DNA from: Octopus bimaculoides | Lineage: Eukaryota | Assembly: GCF_001194135.2 (NCBI RefSeq) | Contig: NC_068999.1 | Span: 5,540,387 to 5,576,366, forward strand | Direction: 5' to 3' | DNA length: 35,980 nt | Shown: positions 34,355 through 35,980 of the stretch, in pieces | Numbering within the stretch: the stretch's first letter is position 1 | Layout of the letters: every line of letters begins with the position of its first letter | The notes under the pieces: generated by a model | The model's database searches: none | Told to the model about the DNA's origin: nothing | Seen by the model: only the letters and a program-made list of their open reading frames with translations | Translations under genes and position numbers: made by a program

Positions 34355-34988
34355 ATATCATATTTTCTGTCATACAAGTTGAATTTTTCAGACAGAAATC
34401 AACAGCCAAGAAAAGCAGGTTGAGACTGTGGTTTCACTTATATACCTAGATAACTTTTGAGGACAGAAAATATACCGCGTGAAATATAGCAGGATTTAGA
34501 AAAATAGTAACGATGTAAGAAAATTACTTTTACTAAATCTCACATCGAGGAATATTCAGCAACAGTACTTTGTGGTAAAGATTGTTTGCCAACATAACAT
34601 GGCAGTCCTGGTTTAGGACGAATGTTGCTGTAATTTAGCCCCAGGAGACATCGTCTCCAGCTGGCTATACAACACGATCTGTGTTCTTATATTTTTGAAA
34701 ATATAAGGACACAGATCGTGTTGTTACTACAGTGATGATGTAGTTTGAACGTTTACTCTCCATGTTTACACTTTATACCATGTTGAGTTGCAAGCCAGAA
34801 AACATGGAAAGCAAACAACAAGAGAGAAGTAAGACAAAAAAAACAAAAAAAACAGGCTGGCGTACCTTTGAGGATTTGATTCTGTTGTCACAGTAACGCT
34901 CTTCTTTCGACACCACCTCTGGCTCCGCTAACGAAGTGCTTCGAATCTTTATAACTCTTTGCTCAGGGCATTGTCGTCCCTTGAGAGT
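609..34988 (-). CDS. ATP11B: Partial multi-exon gene for a P4-ATPase phospholipid flippase, ATP11 family (10 coding exons in window, 1170 nt / 390 aa; 5' and 3' ends outside window)
   Basis: Manual splicing of 10 GT-AG exons gives one open frame with compatible phases (0,0,0,0,0,1,2,0,1,0). Family motifs: [93 protein letters not shown]11B is the closest vertebrate name; the gene may be co-orthologous to ATP11A/B/C. Confidence 0.95.
1775..2088 (+). mobile_element. (GAT)n-tailed retroposon (SINE or RTE-tail family); other copies at about 3378-3690(-), 13940-14275(-), 27190-27440(+), 33816-34010(-), 34128-34351(+)
   Basis: Shared gtaaaaagcacc...ggaagggcatccagctgta...ccaacccatgccagcatgg...gttaaacgatgatgat structure. 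Confidence 0.8.
2385..2466 (-). CDS. ATP11B: ATP11-like exon (82 nt): [27 protein letters not shown](E) (TM4)
   Basis: atattccag acceptor, G|gtttgt donor; PISL motif of the P4-ATPase lipid gate. Confidence 0.95.
2553..2872 (+). mobile_element. 5'-truncated R4/Dong-like non-LTR retrotransposon (RLE C-terminus plus 3' UTR), family 1
   Basis: Translates [41 protein letters not shown]; (TAA)n on both sides; second copy at 24773-25172. Confidence 0.75.
2995..3133 (-). CDS. ATP11B: ATP11-like exon (139 nt): (R)[46 protein letters not shown] (TM3)
   Basis: ctcttttatag acceptor, ACT|gtaagt donor; hydrophobic TM3 followed by a WY motif; phases 2 to 0. Confidence 0.93.
4101..4182 (-). CDS. ATP11B: ATP11-like exon (82 nt): (G)[26 protein letters not shown](R)
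   Basis: ttttattgaag acceptor, AG|gtacgt donor; YTGxETK motif; phases 1 to 2 fit the neighbours. Confidence 0.95.
4472..4783 (-). mobile_element. SINE family C
   Basis: Reverse-complement homolog of 6258-6557; also related to about 17655-17850(-). Confidence 0.8.
4865..5084 (-). CDS. ATP11B: ATP11-like exon (220 nt): [73 protein letters not shown](G)
   Basis: ctctttcacag acceptor, G|gtaagg donor (phase 1); [11 protein letters not shown] motif. Confidence 0.96.
6258..6557 (+). mobile_element. SINE family C
   Basis: B-box-like gagttcgattcc. The spurious [16 protein letters not shown]... mirrors [13 protein letters not shown]... on the opposite strand at 4410-4709. Confidence 0.8.
6787..6915 (-). 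CDS. ATP11B: ATP11-like exon (129 nt): [43 protein letters not shown] (A domain)
   Basis: tgccttcag acceptor, AAG|gtaaga donor; DGETN dephosphorylation motif of P4-ATPases. Confidence 0.97.
8018..8125 (-). CDS. ATP11B: ATP11-like exon (108 nt): [36 protein letters not shown]
   Basis: ctattttcag acceptor, AAG|gtggat donor; [11 protein letters not shown] motif. Confidence 0.96.
9722..9880 (+). mobile_element. tRNA-derived SINE (family A); other copies at about 7755-7918(-), 8715-8858(+), 9135-9290(-), 18565-18670(+), 19290-19420(-), 31545-31695(-), 35140-35270(-)
   Basis: tggctgtgtggt A-box-like, gggttcagtccc B-box-like, (TA)n/(TG)n tail; many related copies. Confidence 0.85.
10151..10302. 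mobile_element. Probable Penelope pseudo-LTR remnant: two inverted degenerate minimal hammerhead-like motifs
   Basis: Plus strand: actgt-acgatga-acaggaacgt-gaaac-tctga-gtg-acagt. Minus strand: ctgtcga-atgggaactt-aaaac-tccaa-gta-acag. The layout matches a type I minimal HHR, with core mutations in both copies. Confidence 0.55.
11535..11790. repeat. Degenerate (GAT)n trinucleotide array
   Basis: Direct inspection; source of the poly-D/M/I pseudo-ORFs. Confidence 0.95.
12255..12620. repeat. 98-bp higher-order minisatellite built from AC/AT microsatellite
   Basis: Units start at 12353, 12451 and 12549 with near-identical atacttgtacatgggcatatacataaatct cores; an older unit lies upstream. Confidence 0.85.
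12946..13913. other. Assembly gap (largest). Others: 20767-20966, 21451-22108, 23134-23672, 30288-30387, 31944-32105, plus several short N runs
   Basis: N runs, mostly flanked by microsatellites. No flippase exon is missing, because the exon chain is complete without them. Confidence 0.99.
14359..14562 (-). mobile_element. Penelope-like element fragment (GIY-YIG endonuclease C-terminus)
   Basis: [51 protein letters not shown] matches the PLE pattern W..vkild.E..w..Rk.kEa.h. The upstream part of the listed ORF runs into a SINE. Confidence 0.75.
14735..15235. repeat. Compound (GGT)n/(GAT)n trinucleotide array
   Basis: Direct inspection. Confidence 0.95.
16002..16290 (+). mobile_element. RTE-type LINE fragment (RT C-terminus), degenerate
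   Basis: [69 protein letters not shown]...MMKD*; RRLRLAGH and GRPR.TY.D.L motifs. Confidence 0.8.
17012..17092 (-). CDS. ATP11B: ATP11-like exon (81 nt): [27 protein letters not shown] (TM2)
   Basis: cttaatcag acceptor, CAG|gtatgt donor; IDSPxSP..LPLxFV..VTAxKQ motif. Not in the ORF track. Confidence 0.96.
17491..17638. mobile_element. hAT-type (Charlie-like) MITE, 148 bp
   Basis: TIRs cagtggttcccaacct / aggttgagaaccactg; 8-bp TSD atctatgg / atctatgt (7/8). Confidence 0.85.
19845..20295. repeat. (GATA)n/(GA)n microsatellite array
   Basis: Direct inspection; another (GATA)n/(GGTA)n array at 27628-27740. Confidence 0.95.
22461..22990 (-). repeat. Head-to-tail tandem array of family-A SINE, 160-bp unit (2 full, 1 near-full, 1 partial)
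   Basis: Units start at 22461, 22621 and 22781 (gatgggcttctttcagttt); copies differ by several substitutions. Confidence 0.9.
23717..23943. mobile_element. Tc1/mariner superfamily (pogo/Tigger-like) MITE, 227 bp
   Basis: TIRs cagtaatccct / agggataactg with TA on both sides. Its first 33 bp recur at 23101-23133 across the N gap, probably an assembly overlap. Confidence 0.75.
24773..25172 (+). mobile_element. 5'-truncated R4/Dong-like non-LTR retrotransposon, family 1 (second copy)
   Basis: Translates [51 protein letters not shown] (stop 24926-24928). IPVVIGALG...QK..L.GTA.IL is typical of the restriction-like endonuclease C-terminus. Flanked by (TAA)n. Confidence 0.78.
25192..25357 (+). mobile_element. 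R4/Dong-like 3' fragment, family 2 (degenerate)
   Basis: [27 protein letters not shown]; the 3' UTR matches 28360-28545. Confidence 0.7.
27477..27630 (+). mobile_element. mariner transposon 5' fragment (TIR-like end plus transposase N-terminus), truncated by (GATA)n
   Basis: tattggtgtacaaaattcg end; from ATG at 27510: [40 protein letters not shown], resembling the mariner HTH start IFLYEFKLGH.A.E.ARNI..AFG. Confidence 0.7.
28360..28545 (+). mobile_element. R4/Dong-like 3' fragment, family 2
   Basis: [34 protein letters not shown], followed by a (TAA)n tail. Confidence 0.72.
29020..29335 (-). mobile_element. RTE/BovB-type LINE fragment, degenerate, interrupted by a hAT MITE
   Basis: [50 protein letters not shown], then after a frameshift KLKQSLK; RWAGHV.RM...R.PK.LLY motif. 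Confidence 0.72.
29343..29646. mobile_element. hAT-type MITE, 304 bp
   Basis: TIRs cagtggcggactgg / ccagtccacaactg; 8-bp TSD cagatgac / cagataac (7/8). Confidence 0.8.
32810..33156. repeat. (ATT)n array with ATC/TTT interruptions
   Basis: Direct inspection; source of the poly-I pseudo-ORFs. Confidence 0.95.
33159..33359 (+). mobile_element. tRNA-derived SINE (family B in this report); other copies at about 1262-1450(-), 5925-6180(+, tandem), 25400-25615(-), 28551-28730(-)
   Basis: A-box-like tggcagaactg and B-box-like gagttcagatcc; multiple diverged copies in the window. Confidence 0.8.
33685..33774 (-). CDS. ATP11B: ATP11-like exon (90 nt): [30 protein letters not shown] (TM1)
   Basis: ttttacag acceptor, CAG|gtgaga donor; P4-ATPase signature EQFRRxANxYFL. 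Confidence 0.97.
34866..34988 (-). CDS. ATP11B: ATP11-like exon (123 nt): [41 protein letters not shown]
   Basis: Acceptor tctcttttgtag, donor AAG|gtacg. Ends in the conserved (Y)xDNxIxSSK motif and joins the next exon in phase 0. Confidence 0.9.
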
Positions 34989-35584
34989 CTACAAAAGAGA
35001 AAGAAAAATAAATCAATAAAGAAAGAAAGAAAGAAAGAAAATAAAGAGACGTGGCTGTGTGGTTAAGAAGCTTGCCTCCCAGCCCTGTGGTCCTGGGTTC
35101 AGTCCCAGTGTCTCAATCATTGCCTCCGTGAGGCCCAGAGCTTCTTTCAGTTTCCGTCTACCAAACCCATTCGCAAGGCTTTGGTTGGCCCCGAGGTTTT
35201 TAGTGGAAGACACTTGCTCAAGGTGCCACACAGTGGGACTGAACCAGCAAACCACACGGCTGCAAATGAAAAAAATAAATGCACTAAAAATCTAGGTTGC
35301 CTTCCAAATGTAGGTAAACTTAGGCGTAGGTAAACCAATCCTTTCTTGATTAAAGCTGTCTTTTTGTTAACTTACCTGGGAACGAGTAATTGTATGAGAG
35401 GAGGGTGGGGCAGAGTGGTGTGGGGTAGCATTGCAGCGAGGGGAAGGGAGGGGAGAGGAAAGGGTGGTGGTGGTGTTGGGAGGGTTAGCGAGAGAAATAT
35501 GGGTGGAATCAAAAGAAATTGTAAAGGTTTTTTCTTATTCCCTTCCTCAAATAAAATCAAGGAAATGAAAACATTCAAGATCTA

Positions 35585-35980
35585 TACATAAGTATATATA
35601 TGTATATATATGCATGTATGCATATGTACGTATGTATGTATGTATGTATGTATGTATATGTATGTATATGTATGTATATGTATATATGTATATATATGTA
35701 TGTATGTATGTATATGTATGTATATGTATGTATATGTATGCATATGTATATATGTATTTGTATGTATGTATTCATATGTATGTATGTTTATATATGTATG
35801 TATGTAACTATGTATATGTAAGTATATGTATGTATACATACTTATACACACACACACACATATATATACTTTATTTGTGAGTTACACACACACATACATA
35901 TGCATATACATACATGTACATACATACATACACACATATATATACACACACATATATATAGACATGCATGTATACATGTA
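35585..35980. repeat. (TATG)n/(TA)n/(CA)n compound microsatellite
   Basis: Direct inspection. Confidence 0.95.

Overview
Eukaryotic, AT-rich, microsatellite- and SINE-dense draft-scaffold sequence with several N gaps. The repeat landscape suggests a coleoid cephalopod, probably Octopus; this is inferred from repeat families, not from a database search. One protein-coding gene is supported, on the minus strand: a P4-ATPase phospholipid flippase of the ATP11 (class 6, 'ATPase IF/IH/IG') family. Ten GT-AG exons splice in frame: 34866-34988, 33685-33774, 17012-17092, 8018-8125, 6787-6915, 4865-5084, 4101-4182, 2995-3133, 2385-2466 and 609-724 (1170 nt, 390 aa). They cover the N-terminus, TM1-2, the A domain (DGETN), TM3-4 (PISL) and end at DLNEELGQ. 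The first exon lies beyond the right edge and the DKTGT exon beyond the left edge. Nearly all other ORFs in the supplied track are microsatellite, SINE or N-gap artefacts. The introns hold tRNA-derived SINEs, R4/Dong-like, RTE and Penelope fragments, a mariner fragment, and hAT and pogo-type MITEs. The most unusual observations are an 81/81-bp inverted templated insertion with microhomology at both junctions, a degenerate head-to-head hammerhead-ribozyme pair, several long hairpins and inverted SINE pairs that would form dsRNA in the pre-mRNA, R4/Dong-like elements sitting in (TAA)n SINE tails, and a candidate 81-nt in-frame cassette exon. I found no convincing wholly new multi-gene system.
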